Origin: Octopus bimaculoides
Lineage: Eukaryota
Direction of reading: 5' to 3'
NCBI RefSeq assembly: GCF_001194135.2
Contig: NC_069002.1
Span: 35,222,192-35,286,191 of the forward strand
Length of the DNA: 64,000 nucleotides
Shown here: in pieces, positions 53,288 through 64,000 of the stretch
How positions within the stretch are numbered: the stretch's first letter is position 1
Layout of the letters: the number at the start of each line of letters is the position of its first letter
Translations under genes and position numbers: made by a program
The notes under the pieces: model-generated
Told to the model about the DNA's origin: nothing
The model's database searches: none
The model's input: only the letters and a program-made list of their open reading frames with translations

Positions 53288-53893
53288 CAGGGTTCACCAA
53301 GCTCTTTTTACGGCGGAGCAGAAAACTGAGAGAATGGCGAGCGCGGGCCGTTTAACTATTTTGTTCGATACAGTACAGTGAATACACAAAAAAATAAGGA
53401 CACCCAACATAATTATTTACCAAAATATTTTGAAAGAAGGCGATGTTAGCAATAAGATAACGTCGAGTTATATCACGCCCAGTGCGCACATACCCGAATT
53501 TCGCAAACGAAGCAGTGGAAAGGGTTAGGGTTAGGGTTAGGGTTAGGGTTAGTGAGATTTGTAAAACAGGTGTTTAGCTTTTAAGATGTCCACAATATTT
53601 GTTTTGGAATTGCTACATCCAACCAAGAGAATTGTTTACAAATGTTCATCAGTCAACCTCGTTCGATGCGCAGACTTTACATACTTCATTTTTGAAAATG
53701 TTTGCGCACACACAAAAGTTGTTCCAAATTCTGATGCCATACCATATGTAAATGCAGGGACTTACACAAACGGTACAGAGCGACGGCAGGCCGGATGAAC
53801 TGACTTCGAGGGCCGGATGAACTGATTTCCGGGGCTGGATGAACAGACCTCGGGGGCCAGATCCGTTCCATGGGTCGTTATTTGATGACCCTG
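53288..53893. mobile_element. Non-autonomous hAT element (606 bp) with perfect 8-bp TSD
   Basis: TTCTAAAG at 53280-53287 and 53894-53901. Termini are CAGGGTTCACCAA and TTGATGACCCTG. About 21-bp GGCCGGATGAACTGA subterminal tandem repeats lie at 53789-53865. Confidence 0.9.
53522..53552 (+). repeat. Interstitial telomeric-type repeat (GGGTTA)5G
   Basis: Five perfect hexamers inside the hAT element. Confidence 0.97.
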
Positions 53894-53939
53894 TTCTAAA
53901 GCAAGTCATAATTCGTTGCCGAAATTGAAATTCTCTAGA

Positions 53940-54080
53940 TATTCAAACTCCACCGGGGTCGACTTTGCCTTTCATCCTTTCGGGGTCGTTTTAATTAAGT
54001 ATCAGTTACGCACTGTGGTAGATTTAATCCGCTTGTCTGTCCCCTCTATGTTTAGCCCCTTGACGGCAATAAAGAAATAA
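53940..54080 (+). mobile_element. SINE type A 3' part
   Basis: GGGGTCGACTTTGCCTTTCATCCTTTCGGGGTCG...CAGTTACGCACTG...GGCAATAAAGAAATA. Confidence 0.9.
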
Positions 54081-54229
54081 ATACTTTTGCTTAAGAATCA
54101 TAAATTTTACGTTTATGAATTTATGAATTATAAATCTGCACTCTACAAAATAATTGAGTAACCCCTCAGATTAATGCAAATAGTTTTAAATATGTCAACT
54201 TAAAACCAAAAAATAACATACACACACAT

Positions 54230-54332
<103 letters not shown>

Positions 54333-54798
54333 TGCGCATATATATGTACATAAACATATACACACTCACTCATGTACATGCATAAATAACACTATATCTT
54401 ATAAGTGAATACCTGTACACTTATCTAACAAGCTCATATGAAACATGATGATGTATGTTCGTTATATTAAGCTAAATTCTATATATAACGCATGTTGCTG
54501 TGTTGACAAGGAAATAGAACAATATATAATGAAGAAGTTTCATAAAACAGAAACATGGTATTTCCTCGAAAAACTTGATCCATTCCGTTGTATATCTAAG
54601 AATATTGATCAACTACTTCAACTCACTAATCTTCTTTCAGTTATCTCAAGTGCTGTTTCAATTATAAACACCACCGGAAGGAGATTAAATTTAGTAATTT
54701 TTTGCACAACATCAGACAAATAAAAATCTATAATTCACACTGTTATATATGAAGCATTAACTTATACACACACACGCACACACACAGACACACACACA

Positions 54799-54853
<55 letters not shown>

Positions 54854-54989
54854 CTGCTTACACATATGTACATATATATATATATATATAAATATATGCA
54901 TACACATATGTCCATATATATAATATATATGTTATAATACATGCATATATATGTATATATATATATATATATGAATACACATATGTACG

Positions 54990-55062
<73 letters not shown>

Positions 55063-55285
55063 TTATCTACTGTATGAGTGTTACAGTGCGTAGAAAAAAC
55101 AATCACCCATCAAACGAACTAACTTAAGCAAATTTCAGGGAAAGCAAAATTAAATTAGTTGAATTTCATGGAAGGTTGATTTGTTATTTTAACTGAATCA
55201 TAAACATTGTGGTAATAACGTGCTACTTCATTAAATGTACCTATATCCACATGTACTATACTTCTACGTATACACATGCATACAT

Positions 55286-55331
<46 letters not shown>

Positions 55332-55571
55332 NNNNNNNNNNNNNNNNNNNNNNNNNNNNNNNNNNNNNNNNNNNNNNNNNNNNNNNNNNNNNNNNNNNNN
55401 NNNNNNNNNNNNNNNNNNNNNNNNNNNNNNNNNNNNNNNNNNNNNNNNNNNNNNNNNNNNNNNNNNNNNNNNNNNNNNNNNNNNNNNNNNNNNNNNNNNN
55501 NNNNNNNNNNNNNNNNNNNNNNNNNNNNNNNNNNNNNNNNNNNNNNNNNNNNNNNNNNNNNNNNNNNNNNN

Positions 55572-55588
55572 CGACGCTCTTCCGATCT
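55572..55588 (+). other. Illumina adapter remnant (assembly artefact)
   Basis: CGACGCTCTTCCGATCT is the 3' end of the standard TruSeq read-1 primer/adapter, located at the first bases after an N-gap. Confidence 0.95.
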
Positions 55589-57124
55589 TATATATATATA
55601 CATATTTATGAATAGACACACGTGAGTGTGTGTGTATGTGTGTGTGTGCGCGCGTACGTGCGTGTGTATGTGCGTGAGTGTGCCTAGAGACTTTTTTGAT
55701 GAAGTCTTAAATGCGATGATGTGGATGCATTCTTCGCATGAATAGTGGCGGCATACCAAAGCAAATCTTTTATGGTTACCCAGTAATTTTAGAACGCATT
55801 TGGAAGTTGGTCACGTCTACGGCATAAGGACAAATTCGAAGATCATTGGAGACGCCTGAGTATTAGGGAAAAAAATAACTTTTAGAATATTGTTATAAAC
55901 TGTGTAGACTGGAGGAGAAAGTGCTTTTCCTATTTTCAAACTTTTGAAAATCAAATGGTGTTTCATCAAAAGTGTTTACGAAGAAAAATGGGAAAGCAAC
56001 CAACAAAACTACAGTCGTGTTACAAATATATAAACACGGGTAAAACGATTTTTTCTTAAAGAAAATTATGAATAACGCCCTCAAAACTTACTGTAAATAT
56101 ATAATGAATTTTCACACTGAACTGAGTGGAAAGCAAATCGGATTCTGAAGGGTAGAAAGGGAAAATATAAATGCTCAAGAAAAAAATATTGAAATCAGAA
56201 TTAAATAATCCGATAAAGATAGAGTTGATATGCCCATATTTACAAAGTATAGTAAAAGTCATGTATTTAAACTGTAAGAAAATAATTATTACTATGAAAT
56301 AATTGACAGTTATAAATTCTTAAAATAATGGAAACCCTCCTGCCTTTATTGACAAATGAAGAATTAAATTAAACGAAAAACTTCAAAAGTCAAGCGAAGC
56401 ATTTCCTTAGCCAACACAAATTATACAAAAATGCCTCTATAACGTGACGATTGTAAAAACATTAATTTTTTTTTTCGACAGTAAGATTGAAAATAAGAAC
56501 TATTATAGCTGTTCCTACGTATGAAATATAAAAAGCATTTTTTTACATTCTGTTGAAGCCAAATTTAAATCATATATAGTTTTATTTGAAATTTCTACTT
56601 ATATCTAGCCACTTACCAAATATAATGGCTCGTAATACAATTATTGTTTTATTTGATGTTGTTAATTTAAACATTAATATCAATGGAATCACTGTGATAT
56701 TGGCTTGATTCCTATCAATTTCAGTTATCAGAACAAATTAAAAGAACTTCATACTTGATGGACTGGCATACATATCATAAAACAATTATCTCAATGACTC
56801 GGTGTAGCGTCATATTTCAAGATCAGCGATAAGCATTCAATTTGTCTCTAGTTACGACAACTTAGCTCTGAGTTTCCAAGGGAAGTTATTTGGTGAATCT
56901 CTAAAGGTATTTGGGAAAATCATTTAACATATATTTATAAAAACAACTGAAAAAATATATAAAAACCTGATTTTAGGACAGAATAATTTTTGCTAACTTG
57001 AGGAAATGAAATATCTTATCAAAATCATCAGCTATAATATCAAATTTCTGATTCGTTTCAACAAGAACTGCCGCCTTGGGATATCTCAATTATGAAACAG
57101 TTGGGATTTAAAAAATAGTCATTC

Positions 57125-57330
57125 AGGCTTCTACTATAAAACCATGGAATCCAAACAGCAGCGAACCATTCCATTGTGCCATCCTAAACATACAACAATA
57201 ACGAATATTCTATCCAAAGATTTAAAAATAATTCGTATATTATCGAATCGCATAAATCTTATCAAGGACTTGACAAAAATGAGAAACATTTTTATTAAAA
57301 TAGTATCGCCTAAATTCAAATGGAATGGAA
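57125..57330 (+). mobile_element. Decayed Penelope-like RT C-terminal fragment
   Basis: FYYKTMESKQQRTIPLCHPKHT resembles the Penelope YYKPTD..QYL...SCHP.H motif and parallels the fragment at 58805. Confidence 0.5.
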
Positions 57331-57354
57331 ATAACAAAACGTACAAATGTTCTT

Positions 57355-57510
57355 TTCTACTCTAGGCACGAGGCCCAAAATTGTGGGGAGGGGGGGGCAG
57401 TCGATTAGATTGACCCAGTACGCAACTGGTACTAAATTTATCGACTCTGAAATGATGAAAGGCAAAGTCGACCTCGGTGGAATTTGAACTCAGAACGTAA
57501 AGACAGACAA
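57355..57510 (-). mobile_element. SINE type A (head missing)
   Basis: GATGAAAGGCAAAGTCGACCTCGGTGGAATTTGAACTCAGAACG. Confidence 0.9.
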
Positions 57511-58246
57511 AAAACGTACAAATATTTAATAGCCCAAGGAAAGTAAAAAGTAAAACTGACAAATATATTTTTAAATATGTATCTATATTGGAGATGCATG
57601 GCTTTGTGGTTTGGACGTTAGTCTTTAGATCGTATGATTGTGGTTTCGATTCTATATATATATATATATATATATATAGTAAGAATATATATGTATGTAT
57701 GTGTGGAATCAATATCGGATCAGCCAAGTTAGTGTGATAAGAAGTTACCTACAAAGTGATACGTAGTCCTTCATTTCTTTGTCATATATGTGTATATTAC
57801 TTTTCTACGATAAATATAAGATATTAACCCACCTATTTGAAATTTTGAAATAGAAAACCAGTTGCAACAACTTTCTTTGAGCAAGTGAGCAACGGGGTGA
57901 AGGGGCATCTTCGGGGTGACTGGACAAATTGGAATACATAAAGGAAAATATCAATTATTGTCACACACACACACAAACACACACAAGCGCATATACACAT
58001 ATTCAATTAAGAATTTAAGCATCGTTGGAATGTATGTTTCAATAGTGGCATTCAGGACTGTGATAATCTAGAATCCATTATTATCTGCGCCAATTTACAA
58101 GCAGAATGGTCTCATACTGCGGGCGTCAGACTAGTTCATTTGTACATTGCATAGCGTTCACAGTACACTATTAATAAACTTGTATCGTGTATCCAAATTT
58201 AGTTATGTGCATTTCCTTTAAGGAAATTTAATATTTGTTTAATTTC

Positions 58247-58448
58247 AGGCGGCGAGTTAGCAAAATCGTTAGCACGCCGGATAAAATTCTTAGCAGTATT
58301 TCGCCCCCCTACTTCCTCAGCTGAAATTCTGCCGCGATCGACTTTACCTTTCATCCTTTCATCGGTAAAAATAATTAGCAGTCGGTGTAATCGACTCGCC
58401 CCAATCCTCAAAACTGCCAGCTTTGTGCCAAGATTTAAAATGAATATT
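58247..58448 (+). mobile_element. SINE type A
   Basis: GGCGGCGAGTTAGCAAAATCGTTAGCACGCCGG head and TCGACTTTACCTTTCATCCTTTC body. Confidence 0.88.
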
Positions 58449-58804
58449 TGTTTAGGTTAGTGTTGCCCAAGGTGACAATTTCTGTTTCGTAAAAACAGGT
58501 AATCTGTAAGGCGTTATGTGGATACATAAGGTAGTGCTTTACAGAGCAGGTGTGTTATTGTGTTCAAGTTTTCTTATTGTTTTTTTTTATGTCAATTGAT
58601 TTTGCAGGTTTAATACCATCATCTATGAGCTTAATTGGGTAGTGTCGGTCAATGAGTACGTTTTTAAGTTCTTTGTAGTCTCAGTTTTTGGGTATCTTTT
58701 TCGGACACTATGGTGCAAATCCTTTTTGCAAAGTTGAAGGGGATAAGTGTTTTAATATGTCTCTGGTTTCATGAGCTAAATGATAGGTACTGTCAAGCGC
58801 CTGT

Positions 58805-59090
58805 ATGAAAGAAAATTGGAAAAGATTTTTGGACAACTGCTTCATCTTAGGGAATGAAAACTTAGATAAACTCATGGATTTCAAAAGACTCAATAGCATT
58901 AACACAAGCATACAATTTACAACGGAACACAACCAAGAGAAACTCCCGTTCCGAGACATAATGGTTAAACAAATAAACAAACAAATAGCAACGGACATAT
59001 TTTACAAAACTACAGACGCTAAGCATAATCTATTATTTAGCACATGCTGCCTGAGACATATTAACACAACTATCCCCTTCAGCCTTGCAC
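58805..59090 (+). mobile_element. Penelope-like reverse transcriptase fragment
   Basis: WKRFLDNCFIL...LNSINTSIQFTTE...KLPFRDI...TDIFYKTTD...IPFSLA matches the RYVDD / IQFT.E / LPFLD / TD.YYK motifs of Penelope RTs. The catalytic DD reads DN. Truncated by an ACC/ACT repeat. Confidence 0.85.
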
Positions 59091-59502
59091 TTCAGCCATC
59101 ACTACCACTACCGACACAACTATTGCCTACACCACCATCACTGCCACCAATGCCATTACTACTACCACCACTACCACCACAATAATATCGTCTTTGTAGT
59201 GAAACTATCACACACACACATATAGCAGCCCACTTGAAATTTTGAATAATGAGTGTAAAATCAATTTTTAACACGTTTGCCATTTCTCATTTCCTTTTCT
59301 ACATCCATTGTTACGAATCGATTTTCTTTTGCGAAATCATTTGAAAACGAGCGTTAAAATCTCAAACTCTAACATTTATGCCTTCAGAGTCCGCAACACA
59401 CTTGAAATTTCGAAATTATGTGAAATAAATAGAAATTTTGAATTTGTTTGACTTTATTTTTAATACTAGGTTACCGAATATATGTCTTACAAGAGGTCTA
59501 GA

Positions 59503-59995
59503 TTACACACACATTAAAATAAAATTACATGTAAACAACGTTTTGATTCTTGACACATTTTGGTGATAAAACATCTTGTTCTCTCTATGGTAGTTTTTGT
59601 CGCTACAACGACTGCAGTTTTTAAAGGAATTGCACTTGCAACAGGAAATGTCAAATATATCTTTTGTTGCATTATTTTTAAACACATTACACTTTCTTTG
59701 AAGCGACGGCACACTTTTTCTATTTTTCACAGATTTTAGTGGTGCTTGGTACTTTAGATTAAAGTTTAAGATTTTCGGTTTAACTGACTCAATCATAACA
59801 CAAGGAATGGATGCCTTTTTCCAAAGAAGAATTATCTTTTCTACTACAACCTTGACAGTTTGCTTAATTGAAGGATCATTTTTAAGTACATTCTTCTTCT
59901 TTTTCTCGTTCAAATAAAACACATTTTAGTGCATCCATGTAGTTCCAAATATTGGGCATTCAGTATTGGCATATGAGTCATCCTTAAATGTAAAG
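59503..59995 (-). mobile_element. DNA-transposon protein N-terminal fragment (hATm-like; family call uncertain)
   Basis: TECPIFG...IILLWKKASIP...IFDISCCKC pattern, recalled from hATm-type transposase N-termini. Stops and frameshifts are present. Confidence 0.5.
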
Positions 59996-60146
59996 AATAC
60001 TAAATTTAACACGATAAATGTTTTTAGTACACTGGCCTAAAGTCAAGGTACGAAGCAGAAAACTTCATACACGTACGGCGTACGTCCACGCGTTGCGACC
60101 GTTGCAACGGCACTGGAGAGAATTCCACGCGCCCGTTCAATTTATT

Positions 60147-60231
60147 GGCATATGGCGTAGTGATTAAGAGCGTGGAGGTTAAGAGCGCGGGCTACTAACC
60201 CCAAGATTCCAAGTTTGATTCCAAGCAGTGG

Positions 60232-60293
<62 letters not shown>

Positions 60294-60467
60294 TTGAAAA
60301 GTACCTTAGGAAAGAGAACCAAGGTTCGAAATTTCCCCAAGACACCCGAAGAAGGCTGAAGGGTATATCAGCCGAAACGTTGTGTTAACAACAAACAAGA
60401 TGAGGACAAATATCCATCAAATGTAAATAACGTATATAATTCCTCATCTCTTGAATATAGAACTGTA
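60147..60467 (+). mobile_element. Composite short element: tRNA-like head + (AAT)n + hammerhead-bearing tail
   Basis: TGGCGTAGTGATT A-box-like and AGTTTGATTCC B-box-like motifs, (AAT)n at 60236-60292, and a tail also present at 34741-34810. Confidence 0.75.
60341..60386 (+). ncRNA. Minimal type-I hammerhead ribozyme motif (U4>C core change)
   Basis: GACAC (stem I) - CCGAAGA - A - GGCTGA AGGGTATA TCAGCC (6-bp stem II) - GAAA - CGT T - GTGTT (stem I'). Confidence 0.65.
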
Positions 60468-60594
60468 TTCTAATTAATGTTTCCCTCTATCCATGTGTGC
60501 GTGTGTCTGGATGCATTTCTATATATACGCATGCACGTCTGTTCGCGCGTTTAGTATGCATGAATTTATGTATCTACGTATATATATATGTTCA

Positions 60595-60659
<65 letters not shown>

Positions 60660-61330
60660 GTGCACACATGTATAAGTATTTGCTTGTGTTTGTATATCAA
60701 CATATATCTGCATATGTGTTTGCATGTGAGTGTGCGTACATATCTTTATATATATGCGTGTTTATGTATATGTATATGTGTGTGTGTCCATGTATATATG
60801 TTTGTGTGCGTGTGTGTATGCATATGTCCGAGCGGTAGTATTTATATGGATGTATATGTGAACGACCATGTACGTGTATGCATAGGCCGGTTCTTAAAGG
60901 TCAGCTAAGGACAATCGCAAGTGAAACCCTTTCATGAAGAGCAAATCAATAGTACAAAAAAATCAAATGGTAATCCCTTTAAAGTAGTAAACATTTTAAC
61001 AGTAGCAGAATCACCATCCCACAACATCTGCACCTTCAAAGCAGTTTTCACGCGGTCCTTCATTAACAACACACCCTGATAAACCCAGTAGCTACTACTA
61101 AATTAAGGCCACGGCAGACAGAGAGCATGTTTTTGATGCGGAGAATGTTGAGTTACAGAGACAACATTTACATATCGCTTGAGGAAACACAGTTAGATCT
61201 GATAATGCAGGGAAACGGTTGCATAATGAAGTGCTTGCACACATAGAGGACCATGCTGCGTAGAAACAATTGTAGTGATTCAAAAATAAATGTCCAAGTT
61301 ATTGTTGACACCAAATCTATTCAAATAAAT

Positions 61331-61362
<32 letters not shown>

Positions 61363-62888
61363 ACACGAACACATACACACACACACACACACACATGTAC
61401 GCACACACAACCACACAAAATGCAGTGAGTGACAATTCTGTTGGCAATTTGTATCTGGCAACTCAGGAAAAAAGAGTTTTATGAGGAAGAAACTCCGACA
61501 TATCTTTATTATATATTGATAACACAATAGCGTAGAATGACAGACTTTGAAAATTTAATAGATTTCATATTAAGATTGCGTCGTATTTTCTTACAGTGAA
61601 TTCATTTGTCTTATCGTAATATGCGTCAGAATATAAGTTGAAAATGTATATTTACAACCGAATTTGAAACAAAAAGCGCGAAGCTACACGGAATCAACTT
61701 ATGTATCGCTTAAACATAAGTTTGTACAGTAATGTCTTTCTTTATTCTACATTAGAAATGTAACAAAAGGCAATGAGCTTGCATTTTTGCATAATTAACT
61801 ATACAATTTAATTGCTAAAATTACCACAACAATTTTATGCGATGTGGTACCAAATCTTGCCCTTGTCATATATGTGTGTACATCCATATATATATAAATA
61901 TATGTAGATGTACACATACATTTTATATATATATGTATGTATGTACAAGCCCATAACACTGCTATTGCTACCTGGTGTCATCAGGCTGTAGCCGGCATAA
62001 TAAAATCGTTTCCTGTAAACGAACTTAAAGATATGTGTGTGTATGTGTGTATGTATATATGTACGTATGTATATATATGTATGTAAGCTATTTATCTTAG
62101 CATCTGTTGCGAGATCAACTGTGATCGATCTTCGTCTTTTTGATCAAGGATGTTTCAAAATTTCTTATATCTTGGCAGCTTCTTTAAAATAGCGAAGATT
62201 TCCAAGCGTTCCATTATCTTCTGTAAACATTATCATCTTCAGTTCAAGTTGAAATCATTATGATACGTTTTGCCGAGACATTCCACTCAGCAAAAACAAT
62301 AACATTGCTTAAGACAGTCATTTTACAATCAGAATTCAGAATTCAAATCGTTTATATGACAACACTCAAGTGTTTGCGTTTGTTTGTGACCGTTGTGAAT
62401 TATTCATCTACTCTTTGAGCATTACGCTGATATGACGTATTGCTTTTCTCATTTAGCGTCTGTTTCCGTAGGGGAATATGTCAGAGTATGTAGGTGGTGT
62501 ACACTAACGTTTCACAATTTGGTTTATTACAACATTTATTCTGTAACATATTGTGTGATAAAATCTTTCTTTGTTCTTATTCTTATTTCGATGATTATCA
62601 TTTACTCTTTGATAAACCGTTGTGACCCTTGGATATTCTACATCTGGAGAATTCTGATCTTACTATAATTCGAAAGCGTAGATACTCTAAATTTCGCTTG
62701 GATTACTGCACAGGGAGTGCCATTTGTTTTATGTCCTCCTAAGACAATATATACATGTGAATGTGTGTGTGAGTGTATGTGTGTGTGTGTGTGTGCGTGC
62801 ATGTGGTTGTGTGTGTATACACGAGCAAGTACATATATGCGAAACAAAGTGGCAAAAATAGTACTCGAATACCGAAGGTAGAGTAATA

Positions 62889-63018
62889 TGCAAAAACATC
62901 ACAAAAAACTACTATTCAGCGTTTCACGTTCCTGTTCGTCAGCCAGTTATCAAGAGTCTTGATCACGGGGACGGGATAGTGAAACTCTGAGTAGCATGTC
63001 TTTTGTGATGTTTTTGCA
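62889..63018. repeat. Palindromic (fold-back) element, arms about 45-50 bp
   Basis: TGCAAAAACATCACAAAA...CTA.TCAG.GTTTCAC on the left matches the reverse complement of GTGAAACTCTGAGTAG...TTTTGTGATGTTTTTGCA on the right. Confidence 0.85.
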
Positions 63019-63413
63019 GGTTTAACAATAAAAAAGTATATATATATATATATATNNNNNNNNNNNNNNNNNNNNNNNNNNNNNNNNNNNNNNNNNNNNN
63101 NNNNNNNNNNNNNNNNNNNNNNNNNNNNNNNNNNNNNNNNNNNNNNNNNNNNNNNNNNNNNNNNNNNNNNNNNNNNNNNNNNNNNNNNNNNNNNNNNNNN
63201 NNNNNNNNNNNNNNNNNNNNNNNNNNNNNNNNNNNNNNNNNNNNNNNNNNNNNNNNNNNNNNNNNNNNNNNNNNNNNNNNNNNNNNNNNNNNNNNNNNNN
63301 NNNNNNNNNNNNNNNNNNNNNNNNNNNNNNNNNNNNNNNNNNNNNNNNNNNNNNNNNNNNNNNNNNNNNNNNNNNNNNNNNNNNNNNNNNNNNNNNNNNN
63401 NNNNNNNNNNNNN

Positions 63414-63481
<68 letters not shown>

Positions 63482-63956
63482 TGTGTGTGTGGATATATTA
63501 TTTTCTCTCAGTTAAGTAGTGTTCTCGATGGTATGGGTTAATTTCTTCTTGTTAAATATGCTGGCCTAGTGCCTAAATCAGACACCAATAAAATACTTTA
63601 AATTATCTTACGTTTAATATATCGATATTTCATATATAGAACTTCTATCAGTAGTTGTTGATCTTCATTCGTTTTCTTCATCAATATTCCAGTCATAGTT
63701 TTTTTTTCTGTTCGATTTTTGTCTGCATTATTTTATATTATATCGTATTGCATTATTCTTAATTCTTCAATTTGTTCTACTTTGCATTTCTTTAACGTTG
63801 ATATCGATCAGATAAGATCGATTACTATATGTTAATAATTTGCTTTAATTTTGTATTTGCATTTTATTTGTTGTAATTGTCGTTTTTTTTCTTGCTAATG
63901 CGTGTATATGTATGCCTGTATATATTAATATATATATATATATATATGTATATACG

Positions 63957-64000
<44 letters not shown>

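Noticed and set aside
53522-53552. Chromosome end or telomere fusion
   Set aside because: Only five units, enclosed in a TSD-flanked transposon, with ordinary sequence on both sides.
53789-53865. CRISPR-like short array
   Set aside because: About 21-bp tandem units with no unique spacers, in eukaryotic DNA. They are hAT subterminal repeats. No CRISPR array exists in the window.
60980-61290. Transposase fragment (LWDGDSAT resembling a GDGDS motif)
   Set aside because: A single short motif with no supporting catalytic residues or termini, and multiple stops.

Overview
This is AT-rich eukaryotic genomic DNA, most likely intronic or intergenic sequence of a coleoid cephalopod (Octopus-like; inferred only from the SINE types and microsatellite load). 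The draft short-read assembly has 16 N-gaps, most of them flanked by microsatellites, and one Illumina adapter remnant. I could not recognise any protein-coding gene, rRNA, true tRNA or CRISPR array. Almost all listed ORFs are microsatellite, gap or transposon artefacts. The window is a patchwork of several element types: several tRNA-derived SINE types; decayed Tc1/mariner, pogo-like and hAT elements; and LINE fragments (Tx1/L1-like, R4/Dong-like, RTE-like, Penelope-like). A few unverified candidate exons lie mostly on the minus strand. The most interesting observations are four. (1) Two unrelated repeat tails each carry a minimal type-I hammerhead-ribozyme fold, and one of them is joined to a tRNA-type Pol III head, suggesting a possible ribozyme-bearing, Penelope-linked SINE. 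(2) An intact hAT MITE with a perfect 8-bp TSD carries five telomeric GGGTTA units. (3) A ~650-bp inverted duplication crosses a transposon end. (4) Several perfect or near-perfect fold-back elements are present. Boundaries were read by eye and are approximate unless stated as exact.
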